Shown here: piece after piece, positions 1 through 8,512 of the stretch
Layout of the letters: the number at the start of each line of letters is the position of its first letter
How positions within the stretch are numbered: the first letter of the stretch is position 1
Virus record (IMG/VR): IMGVR_UViG_3300030419_004788
Location: 32,001-96,000 of that record
Source of the DNA: a virus
Reading direction: 5' to 3' (one strand)
Length of the DNA stretch: 64,000 nucleotides
Notes under the pieces: model-generated
Told to the model about the DNA's origin: nothing
The model's input: only the letters and a program-made list of their open reading frames with translations
The model's database searches: none
Program-made: the position numbers and the translations under genes

Positions 1-58
1 ATAAACTTGCAATAACTAACTGATTGTTGTCTAATAATATAATAACAAAATCCTTACT

Positions 59-367
59 TTAAATTTCTGCCCATTGGGTGGCGCCACTATCAGATTTTAG
101 ATAAACAAATAATTTTCCACTATCGGTATTGAACCACTCATCTCCTTCTTGTGCCATTTCTGGTGCAGAAGTACTCTTGGAGAATTTGGTGATTCTTGTT
201 TTGTTTATTTCTCTCCATCCTCGTCTTTCTCCATGTTCAGGAGAATATCCTCGAATAGTTTTGGTGGCGATATATTCTTTACCGTTTTTTCTAACGACAT
301 CACCCTGTTTATATTCTTTCAAATTTCCATTTGATTCACGAATTTTAAAATCTTGTATGTTTTCCAT
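59..367 (-). CDS. Small protein with CBM5/12 (ChtBD3)-like N-terminal module and a short phage-fibre-type C-terminal motif
   Basis: YKQGDVVRKNGKEYIATK...SPEHGERRGW fits the Y-x-x-G-D-x-V-x-(Y)-N-G-x-x-Y...P...W CBM5/12 pattern. The C-terminus PEMAQEGDEWFNTDSGKLFVY resembles the G-D-x-W-x-D/N-T motif of phage virion proteins. SD-like AGGTAA lies upstream. Confidence 0.45.
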   Translation of the reverse strand: MENIQDFKIRESNGNLKEYKQGDVVRKNGKEYIATKTIRGYSPEHGERRGWREINKTRITKFSKSTSAPEMAQEGDEWFNTDSGKLFVYLKSDSGATQWAEI

Positions 368-372
368 ATTAC

Positions 373-756
373 CTATGACTTCTTCATGTTTTCAAATAAC
401 TCTTGTGTACTACCAACATTTGCAGGTTTGTTCTTTCTGACTACCTTCTTTGCTGGCTTTTTCTTAACTATAGCATTTCTACATGCATTAATTTTTACAT
501 CTGCATGACGGCGCATATATATCCTATCTTCTTTGTTGGTGTTTCTTTGCGACCAAAAAGGTTTTTCTGTAATCCACTCCCAAATACAATTACCATTCCA
601 ACAAATTTGAATTCTTAGGTCTTTACCCCTTTCAAATCCATTCCAATCTTCTTGGTTCGCAGTTTTGTAAGTCTTTAAAGAAAAATTAGAAGACAAAAGA
701 TTTAACTGGTCTTTCATATAATTTTCGTATGAAACATTTGACATTTTATTTTTCAT
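373..756 (-). CDS. Hypothetical protein (127 aa, Lys-rich C-terminus)
   Basis: Tightly packed ORF, 1 nt after the GS stop and 5 nt before the next gene, on the same strand. No recognisable motif. Confidence 0.6.
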   Translation of the reverse strand: MKNKMSNVSYENYMKDQLNLLSSNFSLKTYKTANQEDWNGFERGKDLRIQICWNGNCIWEWITEKPFWSQRNTNKEDRIYMRRHADVKINACRNAIVKKKPAKKVVRKNKPANVGSTQELFENMKKS

Positions 757-757
757 A

Positions 758-2251
758 TTATGTAGTTATAAGAAGTTCTTCGTTTACTTTAATTATTGTT
801 GTGTACAAGTAATTAAATGCTTCATATGGGTCGATATTTGCCGCTGGTCGCCTATCTTCTAGGTGTCCTTTTCCACCACTTTGCATGGTAGATTGTGGAA
901 TACGAATAGAAGCACTTCTATCCATTTCTCCCCATGTAAATTCGTCCATAGATGAAGTTTCATGTTTGCCAGTAAGTCTTCTATTATTTTCTTCACCATA
1001 AACACCTATTGATTCTTGGTGATATCTTTCCATACTTGCACAGAGCAAATTGAGATATGAAGTATCAGATTCTCTCCTCATATAATCTGTGGAAAAATTA
1101 ATATGTCCACCAGAACCATTCCAATCACCATCTACTGGTTTTGGGTTATAAGAAATTGATAATTGCATATCTTCTGCCAATCTCTGTAATAAGAATCGAG
1201 AAATGATTACATCATCCGCTGCCTGTATTACCATCTTTGGAGCGGTTTGATATTCCCACTGTGAAAGCATTACTTCTGCATTTGTTCCTGCAATACCTAT
1301 GCCAACTTTGTTACATAAAACAGCATGTGTTTCTGCCAATTTTCTTCCCTTTGTCACATCTGCACCAACACCACAATAATACTTTCCTTGTGGTGGAGGA
1401 GTATCATCATCATAATCCGACCAACCGAATGGATTTCCTGTAATTGGATTGGTTATAATATATTCTTGCTCAAATCCTACTAGCAACATATCACTTTTTT
1501 GTTCTGCTTCTCTTAGTCCCCTTTCTCTTTCAGAAACAGTGCTTGATAATTTTGCTCTAGTATTTGTTTCGTGGGGGTTTCCTTCAACATCTACTACCTC
1601 ACATAAAACAATATATGAAATTGGTTTTCCACTTAACATTGAGGGTGGGTCTAATGGATTTTCAACAATCTTTATTGGATTTAATCCGCAATCACTTTCT
1701 GTTGTGGTTGCTTGTAATGTTGAAGAACCATCAAATCCCCATTTTGGTATAAATCTAATCATAGCATTCACATTATCTGGCATTCTTGACAAATCCATTC
1801 TTTGATATCGTGTTTTGCTTCTAATATTTTTTGGTGTGTCGCCATCTAACCAGATATATTCCAACTTTAAAGTTTCAATTTGTTGTTGTGGTGGTTGTGG
1901 TCTTTGGGGTGGTGCAGGCATTTCCTCACCTTTTGCCCACTTTTCTAAATCGTTTTTTTCTCTAAATCCACAAATCTGATTACCAGTTTCAGCATCAATA
2001 AACTGTGGTGTACCACATTGTGCATTATATTTTGCTTTTATTTCATTTGCTCTTTCAGCCTCATCGGGTTTGGTAACATCCAATGTGGTTATGTCATAAC
2101 CTTCTTCTGTTAATTCTTTAACTACTGGGTCTGCTTTCTTACACCATCCACAGCCAGGATTCATGATATAAAGAAGGTCGTGCTTTTCTTTTTTTGCTCG
2201 TTTTGATTTCGACTTCTTTTTTTTATCTTTACCACACTTTTTACAAGCCAT
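758..2251 (-). CDS. glnII: Thioredoxin-like domain fused to type II glutamine synthetase (auxiliary metabolic gene)
   Basis: N-terminal CGWC thioredoxin fold (YIMNPGCGWCKKADPVV...CGTPQFID), then a Pro/Gln linker. GSII motifs follow: KLEYIWLDG, IRSKTR, WGFDGSST, FEQEY, YCGVGAD, GTNAEVM-SQWEYQ, PKPVDGDWNGSGGHINFST, RRLTGKHETS, DRSASIRIP, LEDRRPAANIDPY. Confidence 0.93.
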   Translation of the reverse strand: MACKKCGKDKKKKSKSKRAKKEKHDLLYIMNPGCGWCKKADPVVKELTEEGYDITTLDVTKPDEAERANEIKAKYNAQCGTPQFIDAETGNQICGFREKNDLEKWAKGEEMPAPPQRPQPPQQQIETLKLEYIWLDGDTPKNIRSKTRYQRMDLSRMPDNVNAMIRFIPKWGFDGSSTLQATTTESDCGLNPIKIVENPLDPPSMLSGKPISYIVLCEVVDVEGNPHETNTRAKLSSTVSERERGLREAEQKSDMLLVGFEQEYIITNPITGNPFGWSDYDDDTPPPQGKYYCGVGADVTKGRKLAETHAVLCNKVGIGIAGTNAEVMLSQWEYQTAPKMVIQAADDVIISRFLLQRLAEDMQLSISYNPKPVDGDWNGSGGHINFSTDYMRRESDTSYLNLLCASMERYHQESIGVYGEENNRRLTGKHETSSMDEFTWGEMDRSASIRIPQSTMQSGGKGHLEDRRPAANIDPYEAFNYLYTTIIKVNEELLITT

Positions 2252-2263
2252 TATCTTACTTCC

Positions 2264-3865
2264 TTATTCTGGTTTCCAAAATATAAATACAGGTTCATAC
2301 TTTAAGTATTTCCCATCAACTTGACAGTAATTTTTACATGTGGGTTTACCATCTTCACCCATTCTGTTTTGTCCAGGCATTCCTTCTAATGCCATCTTTA
2401 TCGTATATTTATACATCATACCACAAGATTCAAGTATGTCAATACTATCTTTCTCTATAGGCAGATATTTCCCACTCACCAACAAATCTGCGACATTCCA
2501 TGCCATATATCTGCCTGGTCGCAAGTATTCTGCACAGGTTTCCAAAGTCGGTGCAAGGAAGCCATGCCTCCACGACTCATAAGATGAGCCATACTTTTTA
2601 TAAGATTGGTTTTCATCTTCACTATATGCTTCACGGTTAAAATATGGCGGGGAAGTAAATATAAAATCTACTTCTCCTTTGTATTGTTTAAAGTCGGGAT
2701 GGAGGTGGATTTCTTCCGAACCTTCTTGAAAAATGTGGTAAGTGTTTGTTTCGGAAAAGAATGGATTTCCTCTATAAGTTCTGGTATTGTAAAAATCAGC
2801 CAAAGACTCATATTTACTACCTGACACATCGCCATAAAAATTATCAGGATTAGGGTCAGTACCAACATAATGCACCCTACGGTCATCCCTAACACCCATA
2901 GCACCAAGTATACGACCACCCCAGCCAGCGGACGGGTCATAGATGACAATTCGTTGTTGTCCTTTAACATCTTCAGTAAATCTCTCATATAAGTATTTAG
3001 CAGTCATTGGTGGGAAGTTTACCGCAGGTTGAATATATCCAATACGATATGCGGCAAATGCTTTTGGAAACATCTTCTTTCCCTTTTGATATACACGAAT
3101 ATTGTATCTTTTATCGTCTGACATATTCTCGATATCAAATGTAGAATAGTGTCTGTACTCCAACCACCCCTTATCTTTATATTCTTGTACTTCATCCTTT
3201 GTTAAATTAAGAATTTCACTTTGTTCTACTTGGAAGTATCCACTATTTAACCCTTCTCGTATCTTTACTTCTTCTAACATAAAATCATATCCCTTAAAGA
3301 TATTACGATTATTATGAAATGCATCCATCCATGCATGTGCATCTTCTGTTGCAACTATTGCATACTTCTTATTGTTTGTGAACGCACTCTTTGCGTGTTC
3401 ATATAGGGAATCTCTACGAAAATGGCGCATTCCACCCTTTACCATTTTATCTAAATGTCTATCATCTGCAAATAAATCATATATGGAATATCCGTTATCT
3501 TTTTCTGTATAGTTGATGCGTGTCTGCATCATATTACTGAACCATTGGTCTGCTTCACCGCCAATTCTGGACTTGTTAATAATTACATCATCTTCAACAT
3601 CAGAAAGTTCATCACTATATGCAAACTTATGTACAGGGTATTCTGCAATCTTATTAAATTGCTCTATAATTGCTTCTTCGTTTTTTCCTGTTCTTGGTGG
3701 GCAGCCATACTCATCCCATGATTCTTTTACTACCTTTCGGAATTTGATTACCCATTCCCTAAACTGGTCGGGTGTCATTTCCAAAAGGTCTTCAAAATTG
3801 CAATTAATATCTGAATTAATCACATGGTCGTTTCGTTCGTAAAAATGTTTTGTATCGGTCATCAT
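2264..3865 (-). CDS. DNA amino-methyltransferase (SPPY type; N4-cytosine or N6-adenine)
   Basis: SAM-binding motif I YDPSAGWGGR precedes catalytic motif IV FTSPPYF (alpha-type order), followed by LRPGRYMAWNVAD and C-terminal YEPVFIFWKP. Confidence 0.85.
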   Translation of the reverse strand: MMTDTKHFYERNDHVINSDINCNFEDLLEMTPDQFREWVIKFRKVVKESWDEYGCPPRTGKNEEAIIEQFNKIAEYPVHKFAYSDELSDVEDDVIINKSRIGGEADQWFSNMMQTRINYTEKDNGYSIYDLFADDRHLDKMVKGGMRHFRRDSLYEHAKSAFTNNKKYAIVATEDAHAWMDAFHNNRNIFKGYDFMLEEVKIREGLNSGYFQVEQSEILNLTKDEVQEYKDKGWLEYRHYSTFDIENMSDDKRYNIRVYQKGKKMFPKAFAAYRIGYIQPAVNFPPMTAKYLYERFTEDVKGQQRIVIYDPSAGWGGRILGAMGVRDDRRVHYVGTDPNPDNFYGDVSGSKYESLADFYNTRTYRGNPFFSETNTYHIFQEGSEEIHLHPDFKQYKGEVDFIFTSPPYFNREAYSEDENQSYKKYGSSYESWRHGFLAPTLETCAEYLRPGRYMAWNVADLLVSGKYLPIEKDSIDILESCGMMYKYTIKMALEGMPGQNRMGEDGKPTCKNYCQVDGKYLKYEPVFIFWKPE

Positions 3866-5574
3866 TTTATTTTACTAAAATTGTTCTTTTTCTCAAACAC
3901 AATATGGTTCTCAAACTTATCTGTCATTGTATCAGATTTATGAGAAATTACAAATATATTTGCTCGATTTCCGAAAGAAGTTAATATTTTTAAAAATTCT
4001 TCAGTGCCAACTGCATCTAGGCTGGAATCAAATACCTCATCCAGAACCAATAAGTTACAATTAACACTATTCTTTAATCTGGCAATTTCTCTCCATGCTA
4101 AAAGCAAAGACAAGTCAATTCTTAGTCGTTCTCCTTCACTGAAACTGTTGTATGTAAATTCATCTCTATGTCGGCTTTTTATAGTTTCTACAAAATTCTC
4201 ATCTAAATTAAACTGACAAAAGAAATCCATGTCTGTAAGGTACTTATTAATAAGTCTATTCATTATTGGTAAATAGTGTTTGATAATCTTTGCTTTAATG
4301 CCACTATCTTTTAAAAGAGTAGAAGCAATGCTATAATAATGCTTATCTTCCACCAATTCTTTTCTTCTTTCGACATGTTCTTTACCTTCACCAATTAATT
4401 TATTTAATTCATCTTTTGTTTCTTGTACTTCTGTTCCTTCGTTCAACACTTCTTCAATTTTATTTTGTATTGTATTGATATATTTCAGTGCTACATTTAT
4501 TTTGGTTTGTTTTTCATTCATTTCAACTTCAAAATTATCTATAGAATTCAATATTTCATTAATTTCCGTCATTCTTTCACCAGTAATTTTTATGTTTTCT
4601 GTCAAGTCTGAAATACCATCTTCTACTTCTTTTCGTTCATTTGCTTTATCATCAAACATAGATTTTTTGTGATGTTCTTTAATGTCTTGTTTACATGACG
4701 GACATGTATCATTTTGTTCATAGAACTTTACATTCTTTTCAATGTTTTTAATTTTATTATTAAGTTGTTGTTCCAATCCTTCCATTTTTAAAAGTCTTTT
4801 TGGAACATCATCTTTATCTTCTACTTTATTAAAAAGAGATTCAATCTTATCTTGTAATTCTTTAATTTCTTCTTGTAGTTTTGAAACTTCTTTATTGTTG
4901 GTTTCTATTTCGTTTTTATATCCTTCTATTGAATCAGAAGATTTCTTTTTGAGTGTATCGATTAATTTTTGTTTTTCGTCTATCTTACTTTTAGCAATTT
5001 CAATTTTAGTATCAATATCTTTGATATATTCTTTTACCATCTGTAGTCTTGAACGAACTAAAGTATTCATAATAGAAAATACATCAATATCTAAAAGGTT
5101 CTCTACAACCAATCTTCTATCTGTTGTGGATAATTTCATAAACGGAACATAATTAGATGAACCAAGAATAACTACCTGACAAAAGGATTTATAGGTCATT
5201 TTTAAAATCTGTTCTTCTAAAATCTTTTGATAATCTCTAGATTTAGCATCTTGGTCCAATAAATCACCATTCTTATAAATTTCAAATATCTTTGGCTTCA
5301 ATCCACGAATTATTTTATAATTATCTCTACCAACTGAAAATTCTATTTCTACTACACAATCCTTATTATTGATAGAATTAATTAATTGGGGTATCTTTGT
5401 CCCTCGAAAAGACTTTCCAAATAAGGCATATGTTAATGCATCAAGCATTGTTGATTTGCCCGCTCCATTATACCCAGATATTAATGTGTTGTTACTCTTT
5501 ATGAGATTTATAGTTGTTTTATAATTTCCTGTTGAAAGGAAATTTCTATATGAAAGTGTTTTAAAGATTATCAA
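3862..5574 (-). CDS. gp46: Recombination endonuclease ATPase subunit gp46 (Rad50/SbcC-like); start refined to the TTG at 5574
   Basis: Walker A GYNGAGKST, coiled coil with zinc-hook CPSC, signature FSEGERLRIDL, Walker B LVLDEVFDSSLD and ISHK. The TTG ATA ATC start overlaps the upstream TGA. Confidence 0.96.
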   Translation of the reverse strand: MIIFKTLSYRNFLSTGNYKTTINLIKSNNTLISGYNGAGKSTMLDALTYALFGKSFRGTKIPQLINSINNKDCVVEIEFSVGRDNYKIIRGLKPKIFEIYKNGDLLDQDAKSRDYQKILEEQILKMTYKSFCQVVILGSSNYVPFMKLSTTDRRLVVENLLDIDVFSIMNTLVRSRLQMVKEYIKDIDTKIEIAKSKIDEKQKLIDTLKKKSSDSIEGYKNEIETNNKEVSKLQEEIKELQDKIESLFNKVEDKDDVPKRLLKMEGLEQQLNNKIKNIEKNVKFYEQNDTCPSCKQDIKEHHKKSMFDDKANERKEVEDGISDLTENIKITGERMTEINEILNSIDNFEVEMNEKQTKINVALKYINTIQNKIEEVLNEGTEVQETKDELNKLIGEGKEHVERRKELVEDKHYYSIASTLLKDSGIKAKIIKHYLPIMNRLINKYLTDMDFFCQFNLDENFVETIKSRHRDEFTYNSFSEGERLRIDLSLLLAWREIARLKNSVNCNLLVLDEVFDSSLDAVGTEEFLKILTSFGNRANIFVISHKSDTMTDKFENHIVFEKKNNFSKIK

Positions 5575-6038
5575 ACTGATGCTCCCGAATACCAAGATGG
5601 AACATTACCATCTTTCCATTTCGCAAACTCTGATTTCTCGTTAATATAATAATTACGATACGACTCAACAACTGATTCTGTCTTGCAGTAATCTGGCATA
5701 CAAGTTGGTTGCTTTGTTAATCCGATGTTTGGTAACTCTGGACGGTTATTGTCGCACCATTCTATAACTTCTTCTGTTTTATGCACCTTACCATATCTTC
5801 GAGTGTATTCATCGCACAATGCATACGCATGTAGTAGTAACCACTCGTAATTTCTTGCAGATTCACGAACCCACTTAGTGCATGGGTGATTATAGAATGA
5901 CCTCTTATATGGTGCTGTTCCCTCTGGGTGAACGGCACACAACATCTGTGCAGATTCTAAAATCATCTTTACCACATGTTTGTCACATGCATACTTGGCA
6001 GAAACCACTGGACTTTCATCCAGAACAAAAATATTCAT
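5571..6038 (-). CDS. Pyrimidine-dimer DNA glycosylase / endonuclease V family protein
   Basis: MNIFVLD...SAKYACDKHVVKMILESAQML, HPCTKWVRES...NYEWL...LCDEYTRRYGKVHK, QPTCMPD and VESYRNYYINEK are typical of the short DenV-like family. Confidence 0.85.
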   Translation of the reverse strand: MNIFVLDESPVVSAKYACDKHVVKMILESAQMLCAVHPEGTAPYKRSFYNHPCTKWVRESARNYEWLLLHAYALCDEYTRRYGKVHKTEEVIEWCDNNRPELPNIGLTKQPTCMPDYCKTESVVESYRNYYINEKSEFAKWKDGNVPSWYSGASV

Positions 6039-7081
6039 AACGACAAACTCTCCATATACAAATCTTTGATAATCTTCTTCATTTTTGTTTTATCTTTTAC
6101 TTCTTCAATTAAATCTATTTCGTTATTGATTAGTGTAACAGTATCTTGCGCCAAGTCAACAATTTCTTCCTGAGTCCATTCGGAATTAATTAATTCCTCT
6201 ACTACTGTAATCTTAGCCACACCACAATCATAGAGTTTATCCATAAACCTTTCAAACGAATATGGATGTTTTTTATTTTCCACATATAATTTTACATACG
6301 CACCCCTTAAATATCCACAATCTAATTTGTCGATATCAACTGGTCCATCTTCATCGTTATATGTTACTGAATGAAACATTTTATGGGGGTTTTGAATAAA
6401 TTCAATATCTCTTGTTTCTGTATCTAATACATGAAACCCCTTTTGTTCTTTTAAATCTGCAAAGGTTATTTGATACTGTGTTCCTAGATAATGAATGTTT
6501 CCGTGTTCTTGGCGACAATGAAAATGTCCTGTGTATACCTTCTCATATCTACCAAATAATTTTGCATCCATTCCACCGTCATATTTAACCCCTCTCATTA
6601 CATCATACCCCTGTAATTCAAGATGTCCAATAAGAATTGGTGCCGCTGCAGTCTTGATAAACTCTACAGATTTATCATAATTTTCTTTATTTACCCAAGG
6701 AAGAAGTGCAATATCTAATCCATCGAAATTTACCACATCAGGTTCTTCATATAAAATTAAATCGTTACCAAACAATTCCCGAATTGAATTTATTACATTC
6801 GTATTTCGGTAGTAGACATCATGATTGCCAAGAATACAATGTAATTCTACATCCATATCTCTCAACCTGTCCATAAATCTTGTTCGGACTTGATTAAGAA
6901 TATTGAAGTTTACAAACTTCCTTCTATCCATCAAATCGCCTGCATGGATTATCGTCTTTATGTTATTCTTTTTGATGTGTGGGAAAAATACATCGTCAAA
7001 GAACTCCATAAAATAATCTAAAAATAATTGGCTATCGCCTCTTGCACCGAAGTGCGTGTCATTTATCAGTGCTATCTTCAC
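6035..7081 (-). CDS. gp47: Recombination endonuclease subunit gp47 (Mre11/SbcD-like)
   Basis: Phosphoesterase motifs INDTHFGAR, HAGDLMDRR, ILGNHDVYY, GHLEL and YTGHFH, in the standard position beside gp46. Confidence 0.96.
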   Translation of the reverse strand: MKIALINDTHFGARGDSQLFLDYFMEFFDDVFFPHIKKNNIKTIIHAGDLMDRRKFVNFNILNQVRTRFMDRLRDMDVELHCILGNHDVYYRNTNVINSIRELFGNDLILYEEPDVVNFDGLDIALLPWVNKENYDKSVEFIKTAAAPILIGHLELQGYDVMRGVKYDGGMDAKLFGRYEKVYTGHFHCRQEHGNIHYLGTQYQITFADLKEQKGFHVLDTETRDIEFIQNPHKMFHSVTYNDEDGPVDIDKLDCGYLRGAYVKLYVENKKHPYSFERFMDKLYDCGVAKITVVEELINSEWTQEEIVDLAQDTVTLINNEIDLIEEVKDKTKMKKIIKDLYMESLSL

Positions 7082-7697
7082 TTACTTCATCCTGTAAAAC
7101 TTTGTCTAAATTATTTTCTTTTACTACTTTCTTTTTAGATTTCTTTTTAGATTTCTTTTTGGGGGTAAATTTTTCTATATCATTTTCATTTAATTTAAAA
7201 TGCTTGGCAAGAAGTTTATCAGAAGATAATTCTTCGTTAGTGTCTTCTTCTATTGTCTTTTCTTTTTCAAAATAATTTTCTTTAAACCAATTTCTAATTT
7301 GAGCATCTTCGGCTGTTTCTAATACTTTATATTTAATATAGTTCTGTTTCTTTTCTTTTTCTATTCTCCTAAGAAAAGCATAATATATTATTTGAGTAAA
7401 ATATGAAAATGGATTTTTTGATTTTTCTGGATTGAAGTTATGAGCATACATCAAACAATTTTCTATACCATCACCAATCATTTCTTCTCTAAAGGGATAA
7501 TTTATAAAATTAGGTCTATAAGACAAATGCTCTGCAATCTTTAAGAAACATTCGCCTATATAGTCCGTAACTGGCGGTCTTGCTTCATCACACGATTCTG
7601 CTTCTACTACAATTCTTTTCCATTCAACCATGCATTTAAAGAATTCTTTATTATCTACATAATGTGGTTTAACAGGTTTTTTATCTTCTTTACTCAT
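7059..7697 (-). CDS. gp55: Late-transcription sigma factor gp55
   Basis: HYVDNKEF, IGECFLKIAEHLSYRPNFINY, EMIGDGIENC and NFNPEKSKNPFSYFTQIIYYAFLRRIEKEKKQ are hallmark gp55 sequences. Confidence 0.97.
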   Translation of the reverse strand: MSKEDKKPVKPHYVDNKEFFKCMVEWKRIVVEAESCDEARPPVTDYIGECFLKIAEHLSYRPNFINYPFREEMIGDGIENCLMYAHNFNPEKSKNPFSYFTQIIYYAFLRRIEKEKKQNYIKYKVLETAEDAQIRNWFKENYFEKEKTIEEDTNEELSSDKLLAKHFKLNENDIEKFTPKKKSKKKSKKKVVKENNLDKVLQDEVSEDSTDK

Positions 7698-7706
7698 ATG
7701 TTACTC

Positions 7707-7734
7707 ATTATACATTGATTTTTTAAAATGTACA
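7707..7734 (-). promoter_or_regulatory. Probable sigma70-type promoter for gp55
   Basis: Minus strand TGTACA-N16-TATAAT, with TATAAT at 7712-7707, 9 nt before the ATG at 7697. Confidence 0.45.
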
Positions 7735-7814
7735 CAAAAATATTATTTTTTTACTTGACAAAATTGCATTTATAGTTTACACTTATCTGTGCCAGGGAAA
7801 TAAAATAGATTTAA

Positions 7815-8501
7815 TCACTTTAAATAATCTTCTGGGTCTGGACTCCAATCTTTCCAGTCCATACCGAAGTCTTCTTCTGTTTGTCTTTTCTTATCATTAC
7901 CTTTATAATTATCATTTCTCATAGAATCGATTAATGCGTTTACATCTTCTATGTCCAATAGTCCTGCATCAACTAAAGATAGGAGTGCTTCTGGTGGGAG
8001 GAATATTGACATAGTTATAAAATTTTTCATGTTAGGTGGCATTAATGATTGTTCATCTTCAAATGCATCTGGATTTTCATCCATTTCTCGTTTTACCATA
8101 TTTAAAAAATCATTTAAATCTTCTGGTGTCATATCATCTAGTTTTTTAGGTTCTTTACTAGAAAACGGATTATCTTTTTTTGTATCAATGATTTTTCTTT
8201 TTGGATTTAAATCTTTATCTTGTTTTTCTTTTTCTAGGTTGTAAAGTTCTACAACATCGTTATCTGGTTTTAAATATGTTGCAATAAAGTCTTTTGGTAT
8301 TTTAGTTTGAATTTCATTTGTGTGAGAAAGCCAATTTTTAAGAATTGTTATTTCTTTTTGTTTTCCAAATGGGTCGGGAATAACTATACTCTTAAAAATC
8401 ATTGGTCTTTGTAGAATTAGTTTGTTGTTGGATTCACCACGAAGTTCAGCAATAAGTTCTTCTCCACTTCTTAATTTTAATATTCTATATGAATTTTTCA
8501 T
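7815..8501 (-). CDS. Conserved T4-like hypothetical protein between uvsW and gp55 (Sm/LSm-like N-terminal domain)
   Basis: YRILKLRSGEELIAE...KLILQRPM pattern. The position matches the conserved small gene between uvsW and gp55 in marine T4-like phages. Acidic C-terminal extension. Confidence 0.55.
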   Translation of the reverse strand: MKNSYRILKLRSGEELIAELRGESNNKLILQRPMIFKSIVIPDPFGKQKEITILKNWLSHTNEIQTKIPKDFIATYLKPDNDVVELYNLEKEKQDKDLNPKRKIIDTKKDNPFSSKEPKKLDDMTPEDLNDFLNMVKREMDENPDAFEDEQSLMPPNMKNFITMSIFLPPEALLSLVDAGLLDIEDVNALIDSMRNDNYKGNDKKRQTEEDFGMDWKDWSPDPEDYLK

Positions 8502-8512
8502 ACTACATTTCC

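Noticed and set aside
1-58. Possible plus-strand promoter (TTGCAA at 7-12, TATAAT at 38-43)
   Set aside because: The 25-nt spacing is wrong for sigma70, and the context is cut off by the window edge.
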